Assembly: GCA_964408285.1 (NCBI GenBank) | Contig: CAYOYV010000001.1 | Location: forward strand, 160,001-224,000 | Source: an uncultured Nitrososphaerota archaeon | GTDB taxonomy: Archaea > Thermoproteota > EX4484-205 > JAAOZO01 | DNA: 64,000 nt | Reading direction: 5' to 3' | In this document: piece by piece, positions 48,784 through 57,881 of the stretch | Position numbering within the stretch: position 1 is the stretch's first letter | Layout: each line of letters opens with the position of its first letter | Notes under the pieces: model-generated | Seen by the model: only the letters and a program-made list of their open reading frames with translations | What the model was told of the DNA's origin: nothing | Databases searched by the model: none | Translations under genes and position numbers: made by a program

Positions 48784-49658
48784 TCGCATTGGATGTAGAT
48801 TGCAGTCCAAAGGATTTGAGGAATATCGTGAGCGGCCTTCCTCAACTCGTGCCAATGTTCTTCGCGTGGAAGAATGATCCTGCTGCCATGAATATTGCCG
48901 AATGCTTAACCCAGCTCTCGGTAGAATGGCGGGCACATTGCTTCGATCCTGTCGAGATCAGAAGACTTGAATTTGAAAATGGTACGGCGTTTCTTGTCTT
49001 TCTGAGGGATTCGCCCCTTTATTGCGGCGAATTGATCGAAGGCCTTTGTCCGAAAGTGGCTGTTGTTCTATCGATGCACAGAAGCGAAGCGTCATTGGCT
49101 TCTCTAACAGTTCATCCGACTGGCAACATAGGAAAGGCAGATTATGGAGGTGATCCGAATTCCCTATCAGTCGCTCCAGCGATGAGGATGAAGTCTGCGC
49201 TACTGACTATGTTGCGAAGTGGCAGTCGAATAGCGGAGGAATTTCGAATATCATATGAGACTACGCATCATGGGCCAACTGTCAAATTACCGCTGATGTT
49301 TCTGGAGATAGGCAGTTCTCTCGATGAATGGACGAATAAGAGGGCGGGCGAATCGGTGGCAAGGGCCGCGATTCGCTCGGCGTTTCCTGATCCTAGCCAT
49401 TCGAGGATTGTGGTGGGCTTGGGTGGACCCCACTACGCACCATTTTTCACCCAGGCCGCGATCCGTAGGGACATTGCAGTCAGTCATATGGTGTCATATC
49501 ATCAATTGCCGAGTCTCAACATCGGGCTCCTAAACCTCCTCATCGCAAGAACCGAGGGGAAGGTCTATGGAGTTCTGCTCGACTGGAAAGGCCTGAGGAC
49601 GGAAAAAGCAAATGTCCTCTCACTTCTTGAGACTCTCGATCTGGCATTCGAGAAGTGA
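48780..49658 (+). CDS. dtdA: D-aminoacyl-tRNA deacylase (archaeal DTD2)
   Basis: DPAAMNI, SMHRSE...LTVHPTGN, ETTHHGPT, FLEIGS, GLGGPHYAP; exact start uncertain. Confidence 0.92.
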   Translation: MIALDVDCSPKDLRNIVSGLPQLVPMFFAWKNDPAAMNIAECLTQLSVEWRAHCFDPVEIRRLEFENGTAFLVFLRDSPLYCGELIEGLCPKVAVVLSMHRSEASLASLTVHPTGNIGKADYGGDPNSLSVAPAMRMKSALLTMLRSGSRIAEEFRISYETTHHGPTVKLPLMFLEIGSSLDEWTNKRAGESVARAAIRSAFPDPSHSRIVVGLGGPHYAPFFTQAAIRRDIAVSHMVSYHQLPSLNIGLLNLLIARTEGKVYGVLLDWKGLRTEKANVLSLLETLDLAFEK

Positions 49659-49732
49659 AGTGCTCTGATTTCGTTCGGGTTCTTGGAAGTCTTATAACCA
49701 CCAGACCCTGACTCCCGGCAGATTCCAAAAAT

Positions 49733-52597
49733 ATGGAGGCAATTCCTCAGGAGGATCGCAAGATACTCGACTCATTCACACAGCAGGTGAGGGAGGCAAT
49801 AATGAGAAAGGGAATTGTCCCCTTCACCGAAATCCAGAGAAAGGGTATGCCGGCAGTTCTCTCGGGTTCGAATGTCCTAATGGTTTCTCCCACAGGGACG
49901 GGGAAAACTGAGGCTGCCATGTTACCAGTATTTCACTTCCTCAAGACTCGTGTCTATGAGCCGGGCACAGGCTTCAGGGTCCTCTACATAACGCCCCTGA
50001 GAGCGCTAAACAGAGATCTTCTTGACAGGCTCTCTTGGTGGTCAACGTTTCTGGATATTGGGTTGGGAGTGAGGCACGGAGATACTCTGAAGACTGAGAG
50101 AGAGCATCAAGCCCTTCATCCACCAGAAGTTCTCGTCACTACACCCGAGACATTCCAGATCCTGCTTGTCGGAAAGCGACTATCGTCCCATTTGAGACAA
50201 GTCAGGTGGGTGGTGATAGATGAGATTCACGAACTGGCGGAAGACAAGAGGGGGACCCAGCTGGTCGTGGGGCTTGAGAAGCTCCTTGAATTAGCTGGAT
50301 CACCGATTCAGGTCATGGGGCTTTCTGCGACAGTAGGAGACCCATATCTCTTGGGTCGATTCATGGTCGGAGAGGGCCGACGATTCGTGGTCGCTGAAGC
50401 AACTCCGGAGAAATCCCTCGAAATTGATCTTGCGATCCCAGAACCGGACAGAGATGACTTTAGGTTGTCTGAGGAAACGTTCGAGAATCCTTCTGTCCTA
50501 GCCAGACTTAGATTCATGGATAAGGAGATCCGTGAGCATGAGTCAACGTTACTTTTCACGAATACGAGGGCAACGGCAGAAACACTTTCAAACAAATTCG
50601 TGATCTACAAGAGGAAATTACCGCTTGCGATCCATCATGGATCTCTTGGCATAAGCACCAGACTGATCGCCGAAAGGGGACTCAAGGGCGGGACGTTCAA
50701 GGGCGTCGTTACTACGTCTAGCCTAGAGTTGGGGATAGATGTGGGGCTGGTTGATTTCGTTTTGCAGTATGGATCACCAAGGCAGGCAACGCACCTAGTG
50801 CAGAGGGTCGGCAGGAGCGGCCACGCTGTCAAGGGGGTGTCAAAGGGCGTCATTGTAGCCATAGACGAGGAGGACCTGATGGAGGCCATAGTCCTCCGCA
50901 ATAGGGCCCTGAGAAAGGATCTGGAGCGAATTGAGATCCCGATAGGTCCTCTTGATGTGATTGCCCATCAGGTCGCTGGTCTTGTAATGAGGAGGGGCAA
51001 CTGGCACTTGGAAGAAATAGTGGATCTCCTAAGAAGGTCCTTTCCCTATTCTGAACTCTCGATTGATCAGGCCTCCTCTGTGATGCAATTCATGCACTCG
51101 AGATATCCCTCACTTCTGTCCTACGATCAGAGGAGCGGAATAGTAAGGAGAGGAACCTCAAGTGCATCACTCTACAAGTTCTACTTCGATCACCTCTCGA
51201 CAATACCAGAAGTCAAGCAATACCTAGTATCAGATGCGAAAAACAAGGAGGTAGTGGGGATACTGGACGAGGAATTCGTTGCAGAAAAAGGACTTCCTGG
51301 AACAAAGTTCGTCATGGCAGCGAAAGTCTGGAGTATAGACAGTGTAGAGGCCGGCAAGGTCATCGTAAACCGAATGGAGGACCCCTCTGGAGCAGTACCC
51401 TTCTGGCAAGGAGAAGAGATACCGGTCAAATTCGAGGCAGCTCGGGAAGTGGGGAAGTTCAGGAGAGAGATATTGGAAGCCTTGCAGGAAGGCAAATCCC
51501 CTGATGAGATAGCCGACCTCATTGCGATTCGGGATTCCATCAGCAAATCAGTAGCACAGAAGGCGATAGAACCAGTGCTGGAATCGCAAAGAAGGGGCTA
51601 TCCCATTGCCACGGATCAAGGAGTGGTGATTGAGCTCTGGACGGATAAGCTGATCTTTCATGCCTGCAATGGGGATCAAGTCAACTCAGCTTTAGCAAAG
51701 ATACTGGGGACCCTTCTCTCGGATGCTGAGCATGTGATTGCCACCAGCAGGGATCCCTACAGAGTGATAGTGGACTATGAAATCGAACCTGAGAGAGCTT
51801 TGACTGAGATTCTTTCATTGAATGAGCAACGCATCGAGGAACTGCTAGTCTCAGGAATAGAATCAGTGGGTCTATTCAAGAGACGTCTTGTCCATGTCGG
51901 CAGAAGATTTGGAGTGATCAGCAAGGAGGCAGACCTAACTTCAGGCGATGTGGACAAGCTAGCACTTGAACTGAAGGGAACATGCGTATTCGAGGAGGCT
52001 AGGAAGGAACTGATGCAGAAGGACTACGATTCAACGAACCTGGCTAGGTTTATCGGAGAGCTGAAGAAAGGATTGCTAGATGCAAAATTCATTTCAGGAT
52101 CTGGGGAAGCTTCCCCCTTTGCCGCATATGCCCTGAGGAACGTCGAGAGGAAGGTAGATCTATTTCCTCCGGACAAAGCTGACAAGATTCTCCTTAAGTA
52201 CGCAATGGCGAGGCTGAAGAACCAGGTCCTCCATCTGATGTGCACGGAGAATCTCCACTACTTGGGACCCTTTAGGGTCTCAGACATCGAATTCCCACTA
52301 CGATGTAACTTGTGTGGATCAGGCTATGTCGGCGTGATCCCAGAAGAAGAATCTGCAAGAATGGCGAAGTTCAGACCCAGATCAAGAGCTGGCAAACTCG
52401 CATTGGATAACGCGAGAAAGAGTTCACTGCTTCTCTACAGGTACGGTGAACCGGCAGCACTAGCTCTTGCCAGTAGGCTGTTGAAACTTAGGGACATAGA
52501 GGTCTTGCTCTCAGCAAACAAGAATGAGGAAGATCTGACGAGGTCCATTGTAGAACTGGAGAGGTCAAGAGCGTTCAAGAGGACGGGATCTACCTAG
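49733..52597 (+). CDS. lhr: Lhr-family SF2 helicase
   Basis: SPTGTGKTEAA, YITPLRALNRD, IDEIHEL, SSLELGIDVG, QRVGRSGH, C-terminal Cys motif. Confidence 0.93.
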   Translation: MEAIPQEDRKILDSFTQQVREAIMRKGIVPFTEIQRKGMPAVLSGSNVLMVSPTGTGKTEAAMLPVFHFLKTRVYEPGTGFRVLYITPLRALNRDLLDRLSWWSTFLDIGLGVRHGDTLKTEREHQALHPPEVLVTTPETFQILLVGKRLSSHLRQVRWVVIDEIHELAEDKRGTQLVVGLEKLLELAGSPIQVMGLSATVGDPYLLGRFMVGEGRRFVVAEATPEKSLEIDLAIPEPDRDDFRLSEETFENPSVLARLRFMDKEIREHESTLLFTNTRATAETLSNKFVIYKRKLPLAIHHGSLGISTRLIAERGLKGGTFKGVVTTSSLELGIDVGLVDFVLQYGSPRQATHLVQRVGRSGHAVKGVSKGVIVAIDEEDLMEAIVLRNRALRKDLERIEIPIGPLDVIAHQVAGLVMRRGNWHLEEIVDLLRRSFPYSELSIDQASSVMQFMHSRYPSLLSYDQRSGIVRRGTSSASLYKFYFDHLSTIPEVKQYLVSDAKNKEVVGILDEEFVAEKGLPGTKFVMAAKVWSIDSVEAGKVIVNRMEDPSGAVPFWQGEEIPVKFEAAREVGKFRREILEALQEGKSPDEIADLIAIRDSISKSVAQKAIEPVLESQRRGYPIATDQGVVIELWTDKLIFHACNGDQVNSALAKILGTLLSDAEHVIATSRDPYRVIVDYEIEPERALTEILSLNEQRIEELLVSGIESVGLFKRRLVHVGRRFGVISKEADLTSGDVDKLALELKGTCVFEEARKELMQKDYDSTNLARFIGELKKGLLDAKFISGSGEASPFAAYALRNVERKVDLFPPDKADKILLKYAMARLKNQVLHLMCTENLHYLGPFRVSDIEFPLRCNLCGSGYVGVIPEEESARMAKFRPRSRAGKLALDNARKSSLLLYRYGEPAALALASRLLKLRDIEVLLSANKNEEDLTRSIVELERSRAFKRTGST

Positions 52598-53142
52598 GCA
52601 CCGAATACATATCTGAGCATCTGCTTCAGATCCACTTCCGCATTCGTTCTCCATCCTATGATCATAAGATCGTCGTTTTCCTCCAGATATCCCCATCTTA
52701 TGTACTTAGAAATGAAGTTCCTGATCTTCCATTTTGGGAACTTCTGTGCCAGAGTCTCCTGGAGTTCCCTCCTATTGGCCTTTCCTCCCTTCGAGCTTAT
52801 TGTTGCCAAGCACATCGTCAGGCCTGCCAATTCGTCTATTGACCATCCCGAAGTCTTGACATCGGCGAGATGCAGCTGATCCGATATCGAAATAAGGAAT
52901 CTCGCGGATGAGAGTCTATCGTCGCTCTCGTCGAGGGCCAGTTCTGATCCATCATCTCCAATCGCTCTTATGCTCAAGCCGATGGGCTCGATCTGGGATT
53001 TCAGAAGCTTAACGATCTTGGGGTATCCAATACCGACTGACCTCTTGAGTTCCCATCCTTTGACCCCGGGAATCCTGTGGGACTTGAAGAATAGGAGCTG
53101 GGCCGTCCTCCTCAGCTTGTTTTCTAAAGTCTGCTGTTCCAA
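52594..53142 (-). CDS. Putative kite (tandem winged-helix; Nse1/Nse3/ScpB-like) subunit
   Basis: Two WH-sized helical units and C-terminal GYL...IGWRTNAEVD resembling the kite WH-B end; third gene of the SMC-like operon. Confidence 0.6.
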   Translation of the reverse strand: MEQQTLENKLRRTAQLLFFKSHRIPGVKGWELKRSVGIGYPKIVKLLKSQIEPIGLSIRAIGDDGSELALDESDDRLSSARFLISISDQLHLADVKTSGWSIDELAGLTMCLATISSKGGKANRRELQETLAQKFPKWKIRNFISKYIRWGYLEENDDLMIIGWRTNAEVDLKQMLRYVFGA

Positions 53143-53143
53143 C

Positions 53144-53893
53144 TCACTTCACGATCATCACGAGGCTCTCTTTTTCCTTCGCCGTTTCCTGTGCTTTCCT
53201 GTCTGCGGCCACCACCCAAATCTTCCTCTGAAGAGGATCCTTCACAATGGTTGCATAGCCATAGGATAGCATGAAGCTTATTAGAATGGCTTTTCGAAGT
53301 CTCTCTGAAAGATTCCCCTTTCCCACAAGTTCCTCATAAAGCACCTTGTCGTCTCTTTTTTTCAACTCATCGTGCAGATCCTCTATCTCCTTCGTCATCA
53401 GCACTTCGTAGCTCACGCCCATTGATTTCAGATCCTGCCCGCTGAGAATCTCCGAAGATCTCTGCTTCATCTCGTATTTCTTCAAGGCACTCCAGTATTC
53501 AAACGAATTCCTCATCATCTGGTGGTTTAATACATCCCTATATGTAACTGGGGTCCAAGCTCTCAGCAGGGCTTGTGCAAGCCTGTCTGGGCTCGCCCCA
53601 ATCAGTGCAAGGCGTATCAGAAAGGGATCGACGTAGAGTATTGAGGATTTGTCCCTCAACGACCTGCTCTGCGCGTATATCAGAAGAGCAAGCCTGTAAA
53701 GCGCTTCCGTGTCGAGTTCGATGTGGGCGAAGTCTGTGCTCTTGTCGATCAGTTCGCCAAGTCTGGTCAGCTTCTGGTTCACGTCTAGGTCAAGCGGATC
53801 TGCCCCGCTTTCCATCAGTCTACCTAGTTCAGCTATCAGTCTTGACAACTGCTCCTTCATCCTGTCGTTCTCTTCACGTGTTTTCGACAACAT
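53144..53893 (-). CDS. Putative kleisin (ScpA/Nse4-like)
   Basis: N-terminal DPLDLDV helical domain and C-terminal WH (ILISFMLSYGYATI); overlaps the SMC-like gene. Confidence 0.62.
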   Translation of the reverse strand: MLSKTREENDRMKEQLSRLIAELGRLMESGADPLDLDVNQKLTRLGELIDKSTDFAHIELDTEALYRLALLIYAQSRSLRDKSSILYVDPFLIRLALIGASPDRLAQALLRAWTPVTYRDVLNHQMMRNSFEYWSALKKYEMKQRSSEILSGQDLKSMGVSYEVLMTKEIEDLHDELKKRDDKVLYEELVGKGNLSERLRKAILISFMLSYGYATIVKDPLQRKIWVVAADRKAQETAKEKESLVMIVK

Positions 53894-55676
53894 TAATCAC
53901 CGACTCCCCGCTCACTTTCTGAACGACCACGCCTATAGCGCTTTTCACGATTTCTGGGACCTGCCCAGGTGTAATCACCAGATATGATATCTCCGGATTC
54001 TGGATGGCTTCATGCTCGAGCAGCTTGAAGAAGGTTTCCCTGTTCTTAGGATCCATGTGTACGTCAAACTCATCCAAGCCCCTTATTGGTGAAGGGATCA
54101 CGGACTGCAAAGACAAAAGGAAGGAAATGACGGCCGCGCTCCTTTCGCCACCGCTCTGGGTGAAGTAGTTGAGTTCTGTGAGAGGAGAGCCACCGAAGCT
54201 GACCTTGATGGATATTCCCGCCTGATCCACATCATCCTGATTGACAAACGAGACCTGCCCCTCAGAGTCTATACTCCTCATCTTGTCTCGGAAGGATGCG
54301 CTTAGCATTTCCGCCAAGAGCGAGACTTGCTTCTTCCAAACGGAGATCATTTCGTTCATTTCCCTAAGAGCTGCTTCCTTGTTACCCTTCACGACCTCAG
54401 TTTTCTTCTGTATCTCGTCATAGGTGTTCTTGTATCCATCATATATCTCCTCTGCATTCTCTACCACTGGGCCCACGCTTGCCAACTGGATCTGGCTTGC
54501 CTCCTTATCCATGGCTATTTCATCGGTAGGCCTCACTAAAAGTGGCTGGGGGCCGCTTTCTTTGGCCCTTGAAGAGGACTCTGTCACCTTCTTCTGCAGC
54601 TCTTCTGCTTTTGTCTCGAGGCGTCGTGCGAGTTTCTCGAGTAGCTCTTTCCCTTTTTCAAGTACTGCCTGTCTGGATCTCATCGATGCGTACTCCTCTA
54701 TGAGATCCGTCACGTCCCTGTCGACATCTGAAATTTGCATTCCGATTTCATCGCGTGCATTCTGCCCTGCCGCGCCAAGACCTACGTAGAGGTCCGCTAG
54801 TCTCCTTCTTTTTGATGAGAGGGTCTGTTTTGTCTTGCCTGCCATCTCAGACGCCTTCTGGATCCTGCCATCATGCTTCAGGATTCTATCCTGAATCGCC
54901 TGCTGCTTCTTCACGAGGGACTCGAGTGAAGCATTGAGTTGCAGGTATGATGACCAAGCAAGCTCTATCTCCAGCTCAGTCAATCGTATTCTCAAAGAAT
55001 CCCTTTTCTTCAGTTTCTCCACCTCATTTGCCCAAGTTTCCAGAGTCGCCTTTGCTTCGGAAAGCAGAGCTGACACTGCCTTCTCCTCACTCGCAACAAA
55101 CTGGAGCTTCTCCTTGGACTGCTGCATCCTTTCTCTGAAGTTGAAAAGACCAACGGCCTTCTCTATCATCTGCAGCAATTCCTGGGGCGATAGTTTCACT
55201 ATCTGCTCCACAACATATTGCTGCATTATGATCAGCATGTTGTCGGGGTCTATTCCGAAACGATTCAGAATGTCTACGAGCTCAAGTTTGGTCGCTGGCC
55301 TGAAGTTTATCTGATGCCAATATTCGCCATCCTTTCGCAGATATCTTGTTATGACAAGCTCATCCGATCTAACCTCTGGAATGGGCCTTTTTCCCTCAAA
55401 GGCTCTGTTGTCGAAGACGAGCGTGATCCTCGCAATATCCTCTCCCCATCTTATCAGATCGCTTAATTTCCTGCTTCTCTCAGTGTGGGCCTGCCCAAGG
55501 GCAACTGAGAGTGCCAGCAGAATGGAGGATTTCCCCGCTCCATTCGGGCCCAGAATGAGATTCAGGCCGGGAGAGACAGGAATCCTAGCATATTTATAGG
55601 TCATGAAATTCTCCAGGATTAGCTCCCTAAGAAGGAGCTTCACGCCCTCTTTTGGCCTGGCTACCAGTCTCTCCAT
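53874..55676 (-). CDS. Short SMC5/6-like ATPase (ClsN/coalescin/arcadin-4 family)
   Basis: LENFMTY, GPNGAGKSSIL, IDPDNMLIIMQQ, QSGGERS, SPIRGLDEFDVHMD, ITP; about 600 aa with no evident hinge. Confidence 0.88.
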   Translation of the reverse strand: MERLVARPKEGVKLLLRELILENFMTYKYARIPVSPGLNLILGPNGAGKSSILLALSVALGQAHTERSRKLSDLIRWGEDIARITLVFDNRAFEGKRPIPEVRSDELVITRYLRKDGEYWHQINFRPATKLELVDILNRFGIDPDNMLIIMQQYVVEQIVKLSPQELLQMIEKAVGLFNFRERMQQSKEKLQFVASEEKAVSALLSEAKATLETWANEVEKLKKRDSLRIRLTELEIELAWSSYLQLNASLESLVKKQQAIQDRILKHDGRIQKASEMAGKTKQTLSSKRRRLADLYVGLGAAGQNARDEIGMQISDVDRDVTDLIEEYASMRSRQAVLEKGKELLEKLARRLETKAEELQKKVTESSSRAKESGPQPLLVRPTDEIAMDKEASQIQLASVGPVVENAEEIYDGYKNTYDEIQKKTEVVKGNKEAALREMNEMISVWKKQVSLLAEMLSASFRDKMRSIDSEGQVSFVNQDDVDQAGISIKVSFGGSPLTELNYFTQSGGERSAAVISFLLSLQSVIPSPIRGLDEFDVHMDPKNRETFFKLLEHEAIQNPEISYLVITPGQVPEIVKSAIGVVVQKVSGESVINVVENT

Positions 55677-55774
55677 GGTGCCACTTTTTTCAGGCCCGTG
55701 TGAGTTCATTAAAAATGTATCGCGATATTTCGAGTCAACGGTTATTAAGGTTGCCTGTGAGCGGAAAAGAGGAA

Positions 55775-56452
55775 TTGGTGCTCGCGGGCAAAATCTTCAA
55801 ACTTATGGAGAGGATCTCCATTGAACAGATAGCAGAGAAACTGAATGGATATAAGACAGAGACCCCGCTTGAGGGTACCGATATTAATCTCATCACAGAG
55901 ATAAGAGACCTCAGATCGTCCAAAAGCGGTTTGGAGGGGCTTATTGCAAGAGATGTCCCCGTCAGACTCTACAAGAGAGGACAGGTAGATATCTCATTTA
56001 GAACGATAGAAACTCCTTTTGCCTTCTACCTGAGGGAATCTGATATCTGCTTACTTGTGGTCGAGAAGAAGAACGCCGCCAATGCCCTTGCGAACAAATT
56101 CTCGGAGTTACTCTTCCTTTCGATTGGAGGCATATTGAATTGTCAGATCGAGTCAAAAGTCTTGGAGTCATACCATAGAAGCAACCCTGATGGCACAAAA
56201 GTGATGTTTTTTGATGGCCTCGGCATACCTAACATAGACAAGCTCTCACTATACGGGCCTTCTCTGTCGCAGACAGCCCTCTATTCGACATATATCTCAA
56301 GCGGCAGCATTTGGTACGCGGTACTGACTTCAAGCAAGTATGGATATGTGGTTGGATTGACCAGGGATTCGGTTGTAGTAGTCTTCAACAGGATCAGCGT
56401 AGACGACCTCATCTTATTCATTGGGGACGAATTACTTCAGCTGATCCACTGA
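55775..56452 (+). CDS. Conserved archaeal hypothetical protein, divergent from the SMC-like operon
   Basis: Long ORF with TKVMFFD..IPNIDKLSLYG motif; start estimated from the TATA-like element at about 55742. Confidence 0.75.
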   Translation: MVLAGKIFKLMERISIEQIAEKLNGYKTETPLEGTDINLITEIRDLRSSKSGLEGLIARDVPVRLYKRGQVDISFRTIETPFAFYLRESDICLLVVEKKNAANALANKFSELLFLSIGGILNCQIESKVLESYHRSNPDGTKVMFFDGLGIPNIDKLSLYGPSLSQTALYSTYISSGSIWYAVLTSSKYGYVVGLTRDSVVVVFNRISVDDLILFIGDELLQLIH

Positions 56453-56461
56453 GTGACTCTC

Positions 56462-57076
56462 CTAAGTCTTGCTTGATCGGCTTACGCTAGATGAAAGAGC
56501 AGAAAATTGCTGATCATCGAGCCAACCCATTCTGAAGAGAATATCGGCGACTTCCGAGATACTGAGAATCGTTATGAGCTTCATGTTCTCAGACTTGAGC
56601 AAGTTGGACCCTCCTTGTTCCTTGTCAAGGAGAACCAAGTACGCGCTCAAGAGGCCACCCTCGGTCCTCACCTGATGTGCTATCTCCATTGCCTTGGATC
56701 CTGTGGCAATGACGTCGTCAACGACTAAGATCCTTTCTCCCGGGAATAGATTGCCGATCACGGGCAATTCCTGCTTGCCAATGTGGTCCTTTCTGCGGAG
56801 TACTATGAGGGGCATGTTTAGTCTTTGGGCCATTCCCGTAGCAAGGGGAAGACCAGTAAAATCTGCCCCTCCTATCCTGTCGAAAATCAGATTCGCATCT
56901 CTTCTGATCACGTCTTGCATCATGTCGCACGCAAGTCTCAACCAGGTCGGTTCGGACCATAGCTTGGTCAGGTCTAGATAATAGGGAATTGGTTTTCCCC
57001 TGCCATCCTTGAAAAGCCCAAACTGTAGAGCTCCAGTCTGTGCAATTGCCTTTGCTACAGCTTCCTTCTCATTCAT
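56462..57076 (-). CDS. pyrE: Orotate phosphoribosyltransferase-like
   Basis: ALQFGLF...PYYLDL; ILVVDDVIATGS PRPP motif. Confidence 0.8.
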   Translation of the reverse strand: MNEKEAVAKAIAQTGALQFGLFKDGRGKPIPYYLDLTKLWSEPTWLRLACDMMQDVIRRDANLIFDRIGGADFTGLPLATGMAQRLNMPLIVLRRKDHIGKQELPVIGNLFPGERILVVDDVIATGSKAMEIAHQVRTEGGLLSAYLVLLDKEQGGSNLLKSENMKLITILSISEVADILFRMGWLDDQQFSALSSSVSRSSKT

Positions 57077-57812
57077 AGATGCCGATCTCCCCGGGCTCTA
57101 AGATCATGACCCTTGCTCCTTTCATCTTCGTCTTGATTGCTGTAGCGAACTTGCCCAGGTCTTTGCCATGCAATGGCACGGCTAACTTCGGATTCACCAT
57201 CTGGCCAATGTCAAAAGCGCTTTTCGTCGACAGACCAGCGTCCAGACCGGTTGCGATGAAGGCAATGTCGGGTCTTTCGGTCTCGCCTATTACTCTCATC
57301 TCCTCGAAGGGTAAGGAGTCGCTCGCGTGATACAATTTCATTCCGTTCTCGAAGACAACGACATAGGTCAGAGGAGACTTCGCCGAAGGGTGATTGCTCC
57401 TGAAAGCCTTTATAGTAAGCATCTCAACGCTGGCTTCATCACCAGGTTTCATCGCCTTCAGATTCTCCCTCGGAAGAAATCTCTTCAGAAACATCGAGGA
57501 TGCTTCATCTGCAACAACAATAGGAAGATCGAACAGATCCTGCAATCCGTATGATTTAGCCTCTTTCTTCTCGGCCCTCTCCCTTGCCATCTTGAAAACC
57601 GACGAAATCAGATTCTCATCGAGATGATGTGAGTGCTCATGCGTTATTAGTATTACATCTGGGATTAGGAGGTTCTCAGCATCAAAGCGGGTAGGATCTA
57701 TGAGGACTGAATACATCGGCGATCTTATCAGCACACCCGAGTAGGGGTCTGTTCTCAGTATGGCGATTTGGGATTTGCTAAGGCTCCTGTCGAGTATGCC
57801 GTTATTGCTCAA
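57069..57812 (-). CDS. Metallo-beta-lactamase-fold hydrolase
   Basis: LIDP, LITHEHSHH, YHASDS, AVPLH. Confidence 0.85.
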   Translation of the reverse strand: MSNNGILDRSLSKSQIAILRTDPYSGVLIRSPMYSVLIDPTRFDAENLLIPDVILITHEHSHHLDENLISSVFKMARERAEKKEAKSYGLQDLFDLPIVVADEASSMFLKRFLPRENLKAMKPGDEASVEMLTIKAFRSNHPSAKSPLTYVVVFENGMKLYHASDSLPFEEMRVIGETERPDIAFIATGLDAGLSTKSAFDIGQMVNPKLAVPLHGKDLGKFATAIKTKMKGARVMILEPGEIGIYE

Positions 57813-57881
57813 ATCAAAGATGACGGCTTCGAGGTCCCTCTTAAATCTTTAATAAACCAAATCCTGGCCGAACACAGACTA

